NCBI RefSeq assembly: GCF_009834535.1
Contig: NC_045697.1
Span: 99,574,001 to 99,638,000, forward strand
Length of the DNA stretch: 64,000 nucleotides
Reading direction: 5' to 3'
Origin: Camelus ferus
Lineage: Eukaryota
Part shown: positions 1 to 13,199 of the stretch, one piece after another
Layout: every line of letters begins with the position of its first letter
Position numbering within the stretch: position 1 is the stretch's first letter
Position numbers and translations under genes: made by a program
The notes under the pieces: generated by a model
Told to the model about the DNA's origin: nothing
The model's database searches: none
The model's input: only the letters and a program-made list of their open reading frames with translations

Positions 1-290
1 GAGAATCATGAAACAATTATATTTCATTTATGAACATAGGAAAATCCTAAGTAAAATAAGAACAAATTGAATTCAACATACCTATATCTATTATTGATAA
101 AAATGATACATCCTAATTAAATAGAATTTTTCCATTATGCAAGGATGTTGCAACATCATAAAATATATGAGTGTAATTAGCACTGTCAGATTGAAAGAGA
201 AGTCATTCTCAACAGGTGCAAAAAATATGTTGGGATAAAATTAAATATATAAGATTTTAAAAAATCTTAGTAAATTATGAATAAAAGAGA
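1..290 (+). mobile_element. Old L1 (L1M/L1ME) ORF2 fragment
   Basis: Degenerate RT-region sequence (atgcaaggatg..caacat; caacaggtgcaaaaaa). Continues at about 2080. Confidence 0.7.
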
Positions 291-299
291 TGTGGACTC

Positions 300-1911
300 A
301 CTGTTTCTAGATTCACTGTTTCAGCTCTATCACCTAATATTTTCTCCTCAACGCAACTAACTCAGGCTATAATCGTCACCATTTCACTGCCAAGTTTAAT
401 GGAAAATTGTTATTTTAGTCTGAGCAGCTCTGATACAGAGGATCTCTCCCTCCTTCTTGGAATACTCTCTTCCCTGGACAACTATGATTCTATACTCCCC
501 GGGTTTTCCTCCTAGATCAGTGGTCATCCATTCTCATTCTATTCACTGGTGCCACCGTAAATGTTAAAGCTCCCTGGAATTCAGCCCTCTCTTCTCTTTA
601 TTTTCTCTCCTCTCTTTACACTTGCCATCCTGATGATTTTATTCATTCTTGTGACTTTAAACACTATGTGTCTACTGATAACACCCAAAGGCATATTCAG
701 CTCCAACCGCCTATTTGGCATCTTCACTGAATGTAAAATAAGGATCTCAAACCTAATTTGTCCAAAGCAGGACTCTTGGTTTCCCTTTTTCTTCTGCTGA
801 CAAACAACCTTTTCCTCTCCAGGGAATTCCTAACTCTGTTAAGGCAACTTCACTTACTGTTGCTCAGGTCAGATACATTGGATCATCCAGAACTGCTCTC
901 TTTCCCTCCATCACACACCCAATCCATCACCACACCTGGTTAGTTTCATCTTCAGATAGATCCTTAACCCAAGCAGTTCTTACTACCCCCCTAACTACCA
1001 ACATGGTGCAAGCCAGCATAATGTCTTACACAATTGAACACAATTGCCTCCCAACTGGTCTCTCAGCTTCCATTCTTGTTCCCTACAGACAATTCTGCCA
1101 ACAGCAGCCAGAGAGAACTTCTTAAACATAATTCAATTCAAATCATGTCCCTTCTTGTGACTCCTCAAAGCCTTCTGTTGGTAGTTAGAGTAAATTCCAA
1201 CCTATGTGGCCTGGCAGCGCTACCTCAGTGACTCATCTCCCACTGCTGTTATCCCTGCTGGCTTCCTTCTGGTCACACTGCTCTTCATCTGCTTCTTGGT
1301 CACAGTAGGTTATGCCTAACTCAGGCATTTCTTTCATTGCCCCCTGCATGGACTGCCTTTCTTCCAGACTGTCACATGGCTTGTGCTGCTCAGCCAGATC
1401 CCCTTTGGTAGGGTCTTGTTACCTCACCTCCTAGAATCTCAGTGGACAGCCTGCAGTGGATGGCCTGTTCCACTTTAGCTGAAGAAAACCACCTTGTTCA
1501 CGGTCATACTACTTCCTGGGATGGCCGCATCTAACATCTGGTCCTTGCAAGGGTATAAGGGCCATGCTTCCTTGCCCCTACTTACTCTACCCCTTGAGTG
1601 GGGTCATAGGAGCTCTAGAGCTCTCTAGTGAAACGGGCAAGGCTGTTGCTGGACCTGCACTGAAGCTCCACTTCTCTTCTGCCCACTCTTCCCCTGTCTC
1701 CCCTCACTCGCACAGGTGTTGGTCCCAAGGGCATTTCTTAATATGTGCCCTGCATGCTGAGTTCCATCTCAAGCCTGCAGCACACAACTCACCTCACTTA
1801 TTCAGTTCTCTGCTCAAGTATTCGTTTCTCAGAGAGGCCTTCCCTGAACCCCACCTAAATAAGCATTCCCCTGTCACTCTTTATTTTTCTTCATATCGTG
1901 TACCAGTTCCT

Positions 1912-1959
<48 letters not shown>

Positions 1960-2076
1960 CTCTCTCTACCTTGTTAAGCTCCATGAAGGACTTCGTCACA
2001 TTCACCACTCTGTCCTCATCACTTAGAAAAGCTCCTGGCACGTAGTAAGCGCTGAATAAAAATGTTCTGAATAAAA
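300..2076 (+). mobile_element. L2 LINE 3' portion with an LTR-like insert at about 1390-1790
   Basis: L2 RT/3' motifs. 3' tail cctggcacgtagtaagcgctgaataaaaatgttctgaata. Confidence 0.75.
1914..1957. repeat. (TG)n microsatellite
   Basis: Pure TG run. Confidence 0.98.
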
Positions 2077-2079
2077 GGC

Positions 2080-4130
2080 TAAATACACATGATAATGGAC
2101 ATCAAATATAAAAAAACAATAGGAGCCCTTTTCTTAATTGTGCACTTTTAGAACTTTAAGGACAAGGACAAAGGTATCTGATACTACCCCACTGTTCAAC
2201 AATACAATAAGATTAAAATAATGATTAGAGGAATAAGAGTTGGAAAAGAAGAGACAGAATTATCTTTATAGGTAAGCTATATGATTGTCTCCCAAAGAAA
2301 TGCAAAATAAAGTGTTCAGACAATTGATTGGACCTAGTGAGAAAATTTGGCTTATGCCAAATGAGATGAAAGTACAGCTCTCTTGCATTTCCATACACAA
2401 TTAATAATCAATCTGAAAATATAATAAATGAAAGATAATTTATAAGAGTAATAAAAACTATAACTACTTAAGAATAAGTCTAACAAAGGTATATAAGACT
2501 TTTGGAAAAAGTTTACAAAAACTTTATTGAATAACATGCAAGAGACTTGAAAAAACAGGGTGAAATGCTATGATGGTGGACAGGAAGACTTACTAGATTA
2601 AGAAGTCAATTGCCTCCAAATTAATCTAAAAAGTAAATACAACTCAAGTGAGAATCATGATGGAGTTTTTCACAGAACTTGACAAGCTAATCCTAAAATT
2701 CATTTGGTACAGTAAAGGGTAAAAAATAGACAAAACATTTTGAAGCAGAACAAAATGGTACAATCTTAACCCAGTATCAGGTGGGAACATTTAAGAAAAC
2801 ATGACTCTAGGGCAAAGGAGAGACAAACCAATGAAACGAAACATGAAAACCCAGAAACTAGACTATGGAAAGCTTGGTTCAGGCCAGAGATCACATCACA
2901 GATTGATATCAATATTTGGTAAGTAGCACTAAAACAATTTGTGTGGAAAAGAAATGAGTCCTACCTCATACCACACCAAAAAAGTTCAGATGGATTACAG
3001 GATCAAATGTGAAAAGCAAGACTTTTTGAAGAAAACGTAATTTTAATCACAACAAATCAGCTTAGGGAAGAACTTGTTAGATAAGATAAAAGATTCCAGA
3101 CCATAAAGAAATATGGATAAATGTGATATCATCATCTTAAAATTCAACATCAAGAGCAAGTCCAACCACATGACAATAACAACCAAACCCCAGACAGGTA
3201 AAAAGATAAGCTACAGACTGGAAGATATTTGCTGTGTGTTGACCTCACAAAAGATTATTAAGACAAATAATCCAATAGACAAATGGACAAAAGATATAAA
3301 CAATCTATAGCAGAAGAAAACTGAATGGTAAATAAGCATATGTTAAGATGGTCAACCTTACTAATAATCAGGGAAGTAAAAATTAAAATGATACCATTTC
3401 ATACCCACTGGATTAGAAAGAATAAAACATCTGACTCTAACAGGGACTTTCATGTGCTACTGTTGGGGTTACAGATGGTAGAACAACTTTGGTGGACAGT
3501 TCAAGTAGCAAAGTTAAGATGCTTATACTTTACCATCCAGTAATTCCATTTCTAGAAAATATTCTCTAGTCGAGGTAAACTCTTACACAAGGAGTAGACT
3601 ATTCACTGCTGTGTTATCTGTAGGAGCAAAATATTGGAAATGACTTAAATGCCCTTCAATACAGAGGAATGACTGTATATATTGTTAAATACAGTCATAT
3701 AGTGAAATATTGTGCAGCTATGAAAATGAATGACCTAAAATTACATGTTTCCATATGGATAAAGCTTAAAAAATTTAATGCTGAAAAAAGTAAGTTGGAG
3801 AATATATAGCATATAATAATATTTATTTAAAGTTTAAGAACAAAAATACAGTGCTATCTGTTGTTTGTGGATATATCAGGTACTTACAGATACAATCCTC
3901 ATAAAGCCATTCATGGGAATGCTATACAACAGTTTCCCTTGAGGGGAGGAATGAAGGGAATGTGATTGGAAAGGGGTACACAGGAGGCTTTAATGATATG
4001 TATGTTGTTTTATTAAAAAAACTAACTGGCAAAACTCTGGGATTTGTTACAATTCAGTGTTAGGCATGAGAGTGTTATTACATGATTCCTTACACTTTCA
4101 TGAATGTTTGAAATATTTCACTTAAAATAT
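2080..4130 (+). mobile_element. Old L1 (L1ME-like) ORF2 3' part and 3' UTR
   Basis: Remnant peptides such as TNNPIDKWTKDIN and MVNKHMLRWSTLLIIREVKIK; A-rich strand bias. Confidence 0.85.
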
Positions 4131-4569
4131 TTAACATTTGTTATTTTATTTTAAAATCAGGAAAAATTGTCAAAATGTTCTCCAAAACCACCTACATGCC
4201 CATGAATAGGGAACTAGTTAAACCAATGTTAATACATAATGAATTATTATGCAAATATTTTAAATGATGCTTTATATTTATACAATAAGGAAAGATATCT
4301 AAACATTTTATTGAATGAAAAAGGTTACAAATATTATGTACAGCATTATTTTATATGTACATAATACTCATATATATATCAGAAATGTTAAACAAAAATT
4401 TCTAAGTGGCTGTCTCTGGTTATACCTAGATGGTAGATGTTCTTTGCTATTTTCTCTAGTTCCTAATGATCATGTGTATTTTTATAAATATAATAAAACT
4501 GTTGAAATAGTTCTTCGGAAGTCACCTACTATAGAACTGTAAATTAAAATGGAAAAGAATGGCAGGGCA

Positions 4570-4710
4570 GTGGCGGGCCCAGTGGGAAAAGGGTTGGGAG
4601 CCAGGAGGCCTGGGTTGCAGTCCTAGCTCTGCCCTTAACTGCTGTGTGAGCCCAGACAAGTTCCTCTCCCTCTCTGGGCTTCTGGGGCCCCATTCATAAA
4701 TTACAGAGGC
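4570..4710 (+). mobile_element. MIR SINE
   Basis: Core ctgggttgcagtcctagctctgcccttaactgctgtgtgag. Confidence 0.8.
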
Positions 4711-4719
4711 TAAAATGAA

Positions 4720-5330
4720 AAAGAAATGCCAATTTTCACTTTAAATTTTCACTGTCTTCCTTTCAATTTATAATATTGAGTGCTGACAAGGCTTCAATTA
4801 AATTTTACCCTCAATCAGTGACGTTAGCTGTGTGAATTAGTATCACCTTTTCTGAAAAGTAATCTGGCAATATGGAACAAGAGCACGCTTACTATAATAG
4901 GGAATGATCCCAAGGAGATAACCAAGCATAGGCACAAGAATGTACAAGCAAGGATGTTTTTGTTACAGCATTACTCAGAGCATTAAAGAACTGGAAACAA
5001 CCTAGATGTCCAGCAACAGGGAATGGCTCAACAGATGACAGTAAATTCAAGAAAATACTATGTAGTCAATAAAAAGCATATTTTTGAGGAATATCTAATA
5101 AGATGAAATATGCCCACAAATAAAAGTGAGACACAAGATATACTACAAATTTTGCCATATATATATATATTTTAAAAGACCAGGAAGAAGCATGTCAAAA
5201 TTTAATAGTGATTATCTCTGAAAGGTTAGATGATCAGTGATTTTTACTTTTTAATCTATTTCTGTATTTTTTAAATCATATAACAAACATGCATTTTCTA
5301 TCTGAAAAAGCTACTTTTTAATTAAGAAAA
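4720..5330 (+). mobile_element. Old L1 3' fragment
   Basis: aactggaaacaacctagatgtccagcaacagggaatggct. Confidence 0.7.
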
Positions 5331-5455
5331 TAACCCTCAGCTCTGCCCCCTTCTTGTCTGAGCACTTCATCTCCCTCTCTAGTCCAACTTGCACTAGACC
5401 ACAGAGCACAGACAGATCCCTGGGTTACAATTCACTGCAGGTAATTACAAGCCAC

Positions 5456-6329
5456 CATTATAAATTGCCCTCTTGTCCAGACTCCTTTTTCAAAAATGTA
5501 AGCAGGGTTAGATGCCTGTACAGGTCAACAAATGAGAAAAGTTAGTGAAGGATCAACATTTTATTCCCCAATCTTGCCCAAGTTTATAAATATTCCTTAT
5601 TATCCTTTGGTCCTGGTTTAATCGCTGTTGCATCGCCCTGAACTGGTTTGTGACATGAGCAGTTTTTCGCCCCAGGGGAAGGGTTAATGTATGAGAAAGG
5701 GGAGTGGATTAAACAAGGAAGAAAAACTATCTATATGTCATAAAATACATGCTATTTCTAATTTATTCCTGTTCAGTGGAAGCAACATACCTAATGTGTT
5801 ATGAACATTTCTGGTAATACAGTATCGTTGTTCCCTTTAATAATGTGTGAGTGTCTCTAACTCTCATTCGGACTCAGTGAATTACTGTTTTATTTAATGA
5901 AAAAAAAAAGATAAATTGTACTTGATTTGTATTTATTAATTTCTGTGAATTTGGTATATGACATTTATGAAAGCTTAGGCACATAATTTTTCCTTTTTTA
6001 ATTTATAGCTGGGGAACTGTTTAAATATAATTTTAAATGATGCATAACATGCTTCCTGACATATTTGTTTTCTGAATTTCCAACATGCATATTTGCTATT
6101 TCTATATGATGAACAAACACTGTCTCAAATTGTGGAGAAAGAAAAATGTTACCTGTTTAGGATTCCTTTACTAAGTCTTAGCTATTGTTTTTTGGTGGCA
6201 GTGGGCTGAGTTTCCTGGAGGTTGATAAGCTTAGTTGCAATTGCAATCTGGTTCATGCTTAACTCAGTTTGATAGGTAAGGCTTTGCAGGTGTAGCAATC
6301 ATCAATTTGGTGCAAAACCTCAGAAAAGT
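5456..6329 (-). pseudogene. Candidate pseudo-exons (6153-6329, 177 nt; about 5456-5520)
   Basis: ctatttttAG...aaacag|GTaaca gives an exon length divisible by 3. ctgtacAG is followed by SNPAYIFEK. Confidence 0.35.
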
Positions 6330-6997
6330 CTAAAAATAGATGTCACTCTGATAGTCTTTTGGAGGCGTAGAAGTTAAATAATAGATGAAGTACATTTCTT
6401 AAAGAAAATTATTATTTTTCTGATAATTTCCTAAGTATAAGATCACTTTCCCAACAAAATAGGTATTTTCCTTCATATTTAATTTCTTTAAAATGGTTCT
6501 ATTTTTCCTATTCTGCATTTTGGTCATATTATCTGGAAATTCCTCTGAAAAGCTCTATAGGTATTGTTCAGATAGTGTTCACTTATTCTGAAATTTCAAT
6601 TTTTAATTTTCAAATAAATGCAAGCTTTACATTGTATTTTTTTCCCTTCAGAATAAGAGTGAAGTATTTATTTGGCCTTATTTTTAATCAGAACATGTTT
6701 TTAAAATAATTACTAACTCTGATGTGCAATCAGTGAATAAAAAAATGGAGAGACTCAAAGTCCTCCTGTTCTACTTACTTCTGTCATTAAAACAGATATT
6801 CTCTATAACCTTGACCAAAGCACTCCATCCTCTAATCAGAAAGGAGCAGACTTGTGTGTGGATTTATGATAGATGTCTGTGCCAGAGCTGGGAAGACTGT
6901 CTAGGACTGTGGGCTCTCACAGATTCGTTCTTGGGCTAAAATTTGGCTTATTAATTCTTATTTTAATTTGTTTTATATAGTTTCACCCAAACATGGT

Positions 6998-7045
6998 TTT
7001 CTTTTTCTCTCTTTCTTTCTTTCTTTTTCTCTCTTTCTTTCTTTT

Positions 7046-7133
<88 letters not shown>

Positions 7134-7160
7134 TTCTTTCTTTCTTTCTTTCTTTCTTTC

Positions 7161-7211
<51 letters not shown>

Positions 7212-7221
7212 CTTTCTTTCC

Positions 7222-7318
<97 letters not shown>
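6998..7318. repeat. (CTTT)n tetranucleotide array, about 320 bp
   Basis: Near-pure pyrimidine tract. Confidence 0.98.
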
Positions 7319-7634
7319 GAGCTTCTTATTCACTGGATATCTCAGATGTATTCATTGCAATTGTAAGTAGCTATGGCTTTAAATATGTGATGGACTTGCT
7401 GATGTCAGCAGCTAAAAACTAATGCTGCTGATATCAGCTGACAGGACACTAATTACTAGTTATGTGGCTGTTGCCTGCTAAAGGAGCTATTCAGTGAGTT
7501 ATGATTTAGGAAGGCTGGAGAGCATAGGGCTGATGGGTGAAGAGATATCTAATGTGAAAATACCACAGAAGTTCTCAGATTGATCCACAGGACAGAGATC
7601 TGTCTAATTAGGAAGCGTCTTTTTTAATACTAAA

Positions 7635-7708
7635 CCACACACACACACACCCACACACACACCCACACACACACCCACACACACACACACACCCACCCAC
7701 CCACACAC
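7635..7708. repeat. (CA)n/(CACC)n compound microsatellite
   Basis: Visible directly in the sequence. Confidence 0.95.
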
Positions 7709-7711
7709 CAG

Positions 7712-8147
7712 CTGGAAAAGAATTTGCAGGAAGACCCAGAGCCATCACTGATTTGGCTGTCAGCAAATACAACCTCGGCATGTTTCTTGCTGTTGAGTCA
7801 ACTGTGGTTCTAGGACGATGACTCCCTCCCAGACAATCCCTCTCGTCATGTCAAAAGGGAGGGGCTTCACAGGTGGCCGGGACGGAGAGCCCCTGTCCAC
7901 CACTGCTTGTCTTGCCTCCAGAACTGAGGCCTGGCCAGCAGCTAGGCATTCACAAAATTATCACTGACAAGGTAGCAGAGCTGGCGATCTTGCATCCCGG
8001 GGTGACTGTGGAAGTCACTCTGAGCTCTGAGACCCAGATGAGGCACCACAGTGGAGAAAGTGGGGACTTTTCGTCAATGAGGTTGGTCAGTTCTGCTGTT
8101 AGACCTTAATGCTTTCAAGGATAAGAGCTTGTTGCTAAGTTTAAATT
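7712..8147 (-). pseudogene. Pseudo-exon
   Basis: LLARPQFWRQDK...NSKKHAEVVFADSQISDGS. Confidence 0.5.
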
Positions 8148-8268
8148 CTAGGTGTGCTCAATAAAGGCTGATGGGGTGACCCTAGAGAGATCTTTGGGCA
8201 AAAATAACAACAAACTATAGGTTTCCTCTGAGACTAAAAATTTTTTTCAAAAAAATCTGGTTACTTAC

Positions 8269-8745
8269 TTGCCAAATATGAGAAGACACCAAAACTTCAG
8301 TAAGCTATCTTTCTCTATGGAATTATTCAGGCTATGTCCACACACTTAGAGACACTTTTGCAGGAGTGAAGCCAGGCACAGAGGTGTGGGCATCGGTCCT
8401 CACACCCCAGCCGGTTTCCCTCCTCTCTTGCCTCTGTGCCTGTGTTGCCAGTTGTATGTGGAGAGTTTTACAAACAAGGCTGCCGAGCAGGCTGTTAGTG
8501 AGTCACGCCCGCTCCCTGCCTTAACGTTGGCACAGCCTCAATCTCCGCGAAGAGAGACAGAAGAGAGGAGGGAGAGGTGTTTTGAAAACACTTGCTTATG
8601 TTGATACATGTTTTAGCATCACTGATCTCTCCACAGAATAGGTAATAGGATGACAAATCACCAGAGGTTATTCCAGAAATATCCACAAGTTGATTCCCAC
8701 ATTTTTGAGTCTTCAGTAGAGAATGTGAAGCCCTACCCTGGGCCA
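8269..8745 (-). pseudogene. Pseudo-exon (RGS domain remnant)
   Basis: HSLLKTQKCGNQL / YFWNNLW...HKQVFSKHLSLLSSVSL. Donor caa|GTaagt. Confidence 0.6.
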
Positions 8746-8974
8746 CAGGGTAGGATGGAAACAGGATGACCATGATGCCACAGAGAATAGTGAGTATTCA
8801 GCCAGCTGACCTGCCGAGCAGCTACATGACTATAAGCAACTTACAGTCATCTGAAATTTCTCATCTATGAAATAACTCCTTATAGCCCATGGCTGTGGAG
8901 AGGATGAAATAAGTTCATGACTATGACAACCTTAACATGATGCTGGGCACAGCAGGCTTTCTGCAACCATTATC

Positions 8975-9390
8975 TGCCTTCACCCTTTGTCTTATTTGGG
9001 GTTTCCCTCCACAGCCAGCCCTGAGACAAGGTTTCCAGGGCATGGATGCTCCAGAGGAGAAAGGAGACAGGGATTGGGACGCAGCCAATAGGGTAAGTTA
9101 TTAAGATGGACATCAGTGTGGGTGACTGGGACTTAATCCTGCAGGGAAACAATCCAACACAGATCCTCAGCATTATCCCACCTGAGGGAGGAGAGTTCTG
9201 GGGTATTGATACACCTAGTTCCAAGACTTATTGGTTGAAGGCTACTGGGAGTAGAGTAGATTAATTGCCAGGCAATCCCAGCTTAATGTTTGCCTTCTAC
9301 TGCTCTCGGGGGGAAACCCTGCAATTCTGGCAGCTGGAATCAGCTAAAACAGTCTGAAATTTTTAGGGGCATGGGCAGGGAAATGACAGA
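8975..9390. mobile_element. ERVL-type solo LTR (LTR16/LTR33-like)
   Basis: Begins tgtcttatttgggg..cagccctgagacaagg, typical of old ERVL LTRs. Confidence 0.5.
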
Positions 9391-9949
9391 CCCATTGGGG
9401 GAATACCGAGACATCTAAAACACAGTAGTTTCCATCAAGAAGCCACCAATCTAATACGGAAGATAAGACAGTGAAGCTTCAAAGGAAAAGGTTTATGATG
9501 CCGAGATGTCTGCAGTTTCAAGGTGAGATCAGCACCTGGATGTCCCCGGGGTAGCACTCACTACCTCGGGGCCTCTGGCTCTTAGCCCTGCATCTGATCT
9601 GTCAGCATCCAGAGAGTGAATTCAGAGGAGCTGTCAGACTCATATTAACCAAGGCCCAGAGAGTCAGAGTGAAAAACTAGAATTCTGTGTGTTGATTTGT
9701 ATTTTCCCTTGAGTAGGCTGAGTGCCATGAAAAACCACATTATAACCTTAAAGTGGATTTTCACACAGAGATTCAGAAAACTGGGTGCTGTTAGGAATTG
9801 CTTCTTAATTGAGATAGTTTGAGGAACTCTTTTTCACCAAAGGGATGGCCTTGCCTGTAGGGTTAGAGGGAAACAGTTTGCCCTCAAGTCCCCACCTGGC
9901 TCTGCCAAGGATGGATGCTAGCTCTTCTATTTGTGGATTCCAGAAAGAC

Positions 9950-10180
9950 GCGGTAGACCGTGGTTAAGGAAAGACTCTGGAGTCAGGACCTGGTTCAGAT
10001 TGTATCCTACCATTGTATTAGCTGTGTGACTTTAGCAGCTAATTCATATCTCTGTGCCTCAGTTTTCTCATCCATAACAGTGCCTATTTTATAGACTTGT
10101 GAGGATTAAATTAATACATCTAATATAATACATATAAAGAGTCCAGAACAGTTTTTGGTGTGAAGCTAAGTGTTAGTTAT
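9950..10180 (+). mobile_element. MIR SINE
   Basis: gtggttaagga..gactctggagtcag..ctctgtgcctcagttttctcatcc. Confidence 0.85.
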
Positions 10181-10399
10181 CATTAAAGCTACAGGTTAGA
10201 ACCCCTCTTTACGTTGACACAGTGTTTCTTTAGGTATGGTAATTGCTTTTACCAAGGTTGACTCTGTTCTTGGAACCAGTTTATCTCACTAAGGTGTTCT
10301 TGCTTATTGTTGTCCTAAAAGGTCTGCCATTTGTATGCTGGAGAGGAGGACTGCCTAGTTTCCCTCCCATTTTCCTCACTACCCATATAAATAAAAAAA

Positions 10400-11347
10400 C
10401 AATTCAACTGCAGAACCACGTGGGCAGTGTTCAGGAGACTGTCACAAAATGCACTGAGGTTCAGAGGCCAGAGGGCTCCCTGTAGTCTGGAACAGGAGCA
10501 AGGCAGCTGCATTGGACTGATGGCTGAATAAGTGGGGAGTCTAGAATGGTAGGTCAGGACAATAATTTCAAATGTTGCACAATTGAGACCATCTTTAAGT
10601 ATTGGCCCTGGAATGCACTCTGGGATCCTGCCAAGCATCTCTCTCTTACAACTTGGGGGCAAAGTAACAAATCAAAGCCACTGTCAAATTTAGCCCTGAT
10701 AAGTGAAGTATGTTCCTTGATGGAACCAAAGATTGCAAACCATCCAGGAGGACAGTAGGACTCCTTGAAAGGGAATGAAATGCATCCATCAAGAATGCAT
10801 GCATTGAAAGAACTGTGAGAAAACCTATCAGCAGCGCGTGTGTTGGAAAGGATGCTGGATTTACAGACCCCGCGGAGTCCAGGAGAATAAAAGGATTCCT
10901 TGAAAAATGAATTGAAAGTATCACTACAGAATGTGGACCCTGAGAGAACTGTAAGGAAGCAGCTCCCCAGCAAGTGTGTAGAGCTGATACTGAATTTAGA
11001 GTGAGAAGCTCAGGTTCTGTTTCACATGGGTCACTAATTGGCCATGAGACTCTAAGGAGGTCATTTAGCCTTTCAGGACCTTCTCTAGCAAATGAAAGGT
11101 TTGCCCAGCTGTTCTGTAAGATAAAGTCTAACACTACTCTGTGGTTCAAAATACTGAGAGAGAGAGAAGAGTAGTCGAGCTTGGTTTCAGTTGGAAAACA
11201 AAAATTACAGTGTTCCTTAAAACATTCTCCCATCAATCCACGGTCCCTGGCAAGAAGTCCAAGTACTAAAATGAAGCCAATTAACATTCCTTACTGCTGC
11301 TCTATCATAAATCATCGTTAACTCAGAGAAGGCAGATGGGTGAGTAG
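10400..11347 (-). pseudogene. Two pseudo-exons (11209-11347 and about 10400-10948)
   Basis: Acceptors gtcttacAG and gcttccttacAG. HPSAFSELTMIY...NWLHF; SILSNTRAADRFS / QFFQCMHS...LLSSWMV...VTLPPSCKREMLGRI. Confidence 0.55.
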
Positions 11348-11474
11348 CTGTAAGACATATTCTTATAGATTGGTTTGTTCATATGCCACAAATTTCATTT
11401 CATAAAACCAGAATCCTATTCCATTCTTCAGAAGCACAGCGTGCTGTGGACTGTTCAGGCATATGTAGAGAGAA

Positions 11475-12930
11475 TGGGTGCCGATAGATCAATTAGATGG
11501 GGACCACGCACTGCCCGTTAGCTGAGCCACGTGGAGTCACTGGTGACTTGAGCAGTTTTGGTGGAGTGGTTGTGGAGAAAGCCTGATTGGCATGGGTTTA
11601 AGGGATAATGGGAGAAGGAAACTGTAAACAGTGGGAAAAACCAGTTCTTAAGTTCTTCTATAAAGGGAGGAAGATAAATGGGATGTGCTGAAGTCAAGAG
11701 GGATTTTTTCAAATGGGAAAATAACAAAATGCTTGTACACTAATGAGAATTATCCAGTAGAGAAGGAACAATTAGTGATACTGGAGCAGAAAGGGGATAC
11801 TTGCTGGGTCAACATCCTTGAATAGGTCAGAGAGGACGGGAACCAAAGGTAGAGTATGTGGGCACAGGTGGATGGTGGTTGGAAGTGGTATTGGGAGAAT
11901 CACTTCTGTTTTCTCAGTGAAAGAAGAAGCAACACCATCAGCTGAGAGCAAAGATGGAGGAGATGTTGAATGTTTGAAGAGACAGAAGACACGATGGCCA
12001 CCTAGGAATATGACAAGTGATGGAACAAGGACAAGTTCCAGGCAATATCAAAGCCACTTGACCACAAATTTAAAGTGAAATTACTCATCATGTTTGGGTG
12101 ATTTTTCTGGTCTTACTGTGAGGGTATAAGCATCCAGTAGGCAGAGTGAAAATTTAATGAAGGTTTTGGTTTAGTCAAGCCCATATAAGGGAGAGGGGCA
12201 AGGGAGTCAAGTCTATACCCAAGGGGATGATTCTAAAGATGGACTATGAAATTTAAACTGGGTGGAGAGGGGTGGGGGAGAGGACGTCAATGGGGTGGAA
12301 GAGTGGGAAGGTAGCAGGGGCATTGGATTAAAGTCCTGGGGGTACAGAAGAATTGTTTGTGTTGGGGTATGAACCCGAAAGATAATAGGCAGCGGTAAGA
12401 GAGTAGGATGTCTGAAATTAAGTTTGGGGTACTGAATTTATTGATCATGAGAAAGTCAAAGATATGACCATAGAAATGAGCTGCAGACATTGAAGAGAGG
12501 ACGAGGCCATTGGAGAAAGGAGATGAAAGACTGAAAGGCCAGGGTCTTGGAAAGAATACCCGGTTATGGAAATTATGTGAATAATCATTGGACTGATTTT
12601 GAAACAGTGACAGTGTGTGGGTTGCAAACATCTCCAAGGAGTGAGGGACATTGGCCTAGGAATCAGGAGGCAGCTGAAACTAGAGGATGAGAGCATCAGA
12701 TGAGTGAGATTCAAAGCTGAGCATTTTTAGGAGGGAGAGAGGGAGCACAGTCTGAAAGCCACACAGTAGAAGATGGAGAACACCTGTTCCACCCCTGGCT
12801 CCATTGTACAAAGAGTAAATAACTACCAGACCACTTGAGAGGGTTACAGGAAGATATGTCCTCAGGGAAAGCCAGGTGACAGCCAGAGGAAGGTCAAGAA
12901 ACATTCTTCTTTGAAGAGGCTGAGAATATA
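11475..12930 (-). mobile_element. L2 LINE internal (ORF2) fragment
   Basis: Purine-rich plus strand. Minus-strand remnant resembles the L2 RT motif NG..SVLIL.DLS near 11480-11520. Confidence 0.75.
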
Positions 12931-13199
12931 GGGCAGTTGTCAGCAAACTACAGCCTGGGGCCCCCCTGTTTTTATAATAATCCTACAGGAGGTGTGGAGT
13001 GCTGCAAGCGAGAGGGACTCGCCCTTGACCCCAGCTGCTGGTCACCTGCGGAGTGGCCAGCTTACTCTGAGCACACACTCTCTGCCTTCACTGGTACTAA
13101 CCAGTCTCTAGACCAGCAGAGGGGCCTAATGATCTTGTTAGAACACATTAGGACTGAACATAGCTTTAGTTGGCCTTGCATTTGTTCCTCTTCTTAGAT

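Noticed and set aside
6968..7370. ORFs of 116-132 aa rich in F/L/S or K/E/R
   Set aside because: They are translations of the (CTTT)n array.
10646..10948. GPCR-like snippets (ALICYFAPK; FNSF/QGILLF)
   Set aside because: Short and mutually inconsistent (class C versus adhesion GPCR), with no seven-TM spacing. The RGS reading fits the neighbouring exons better.
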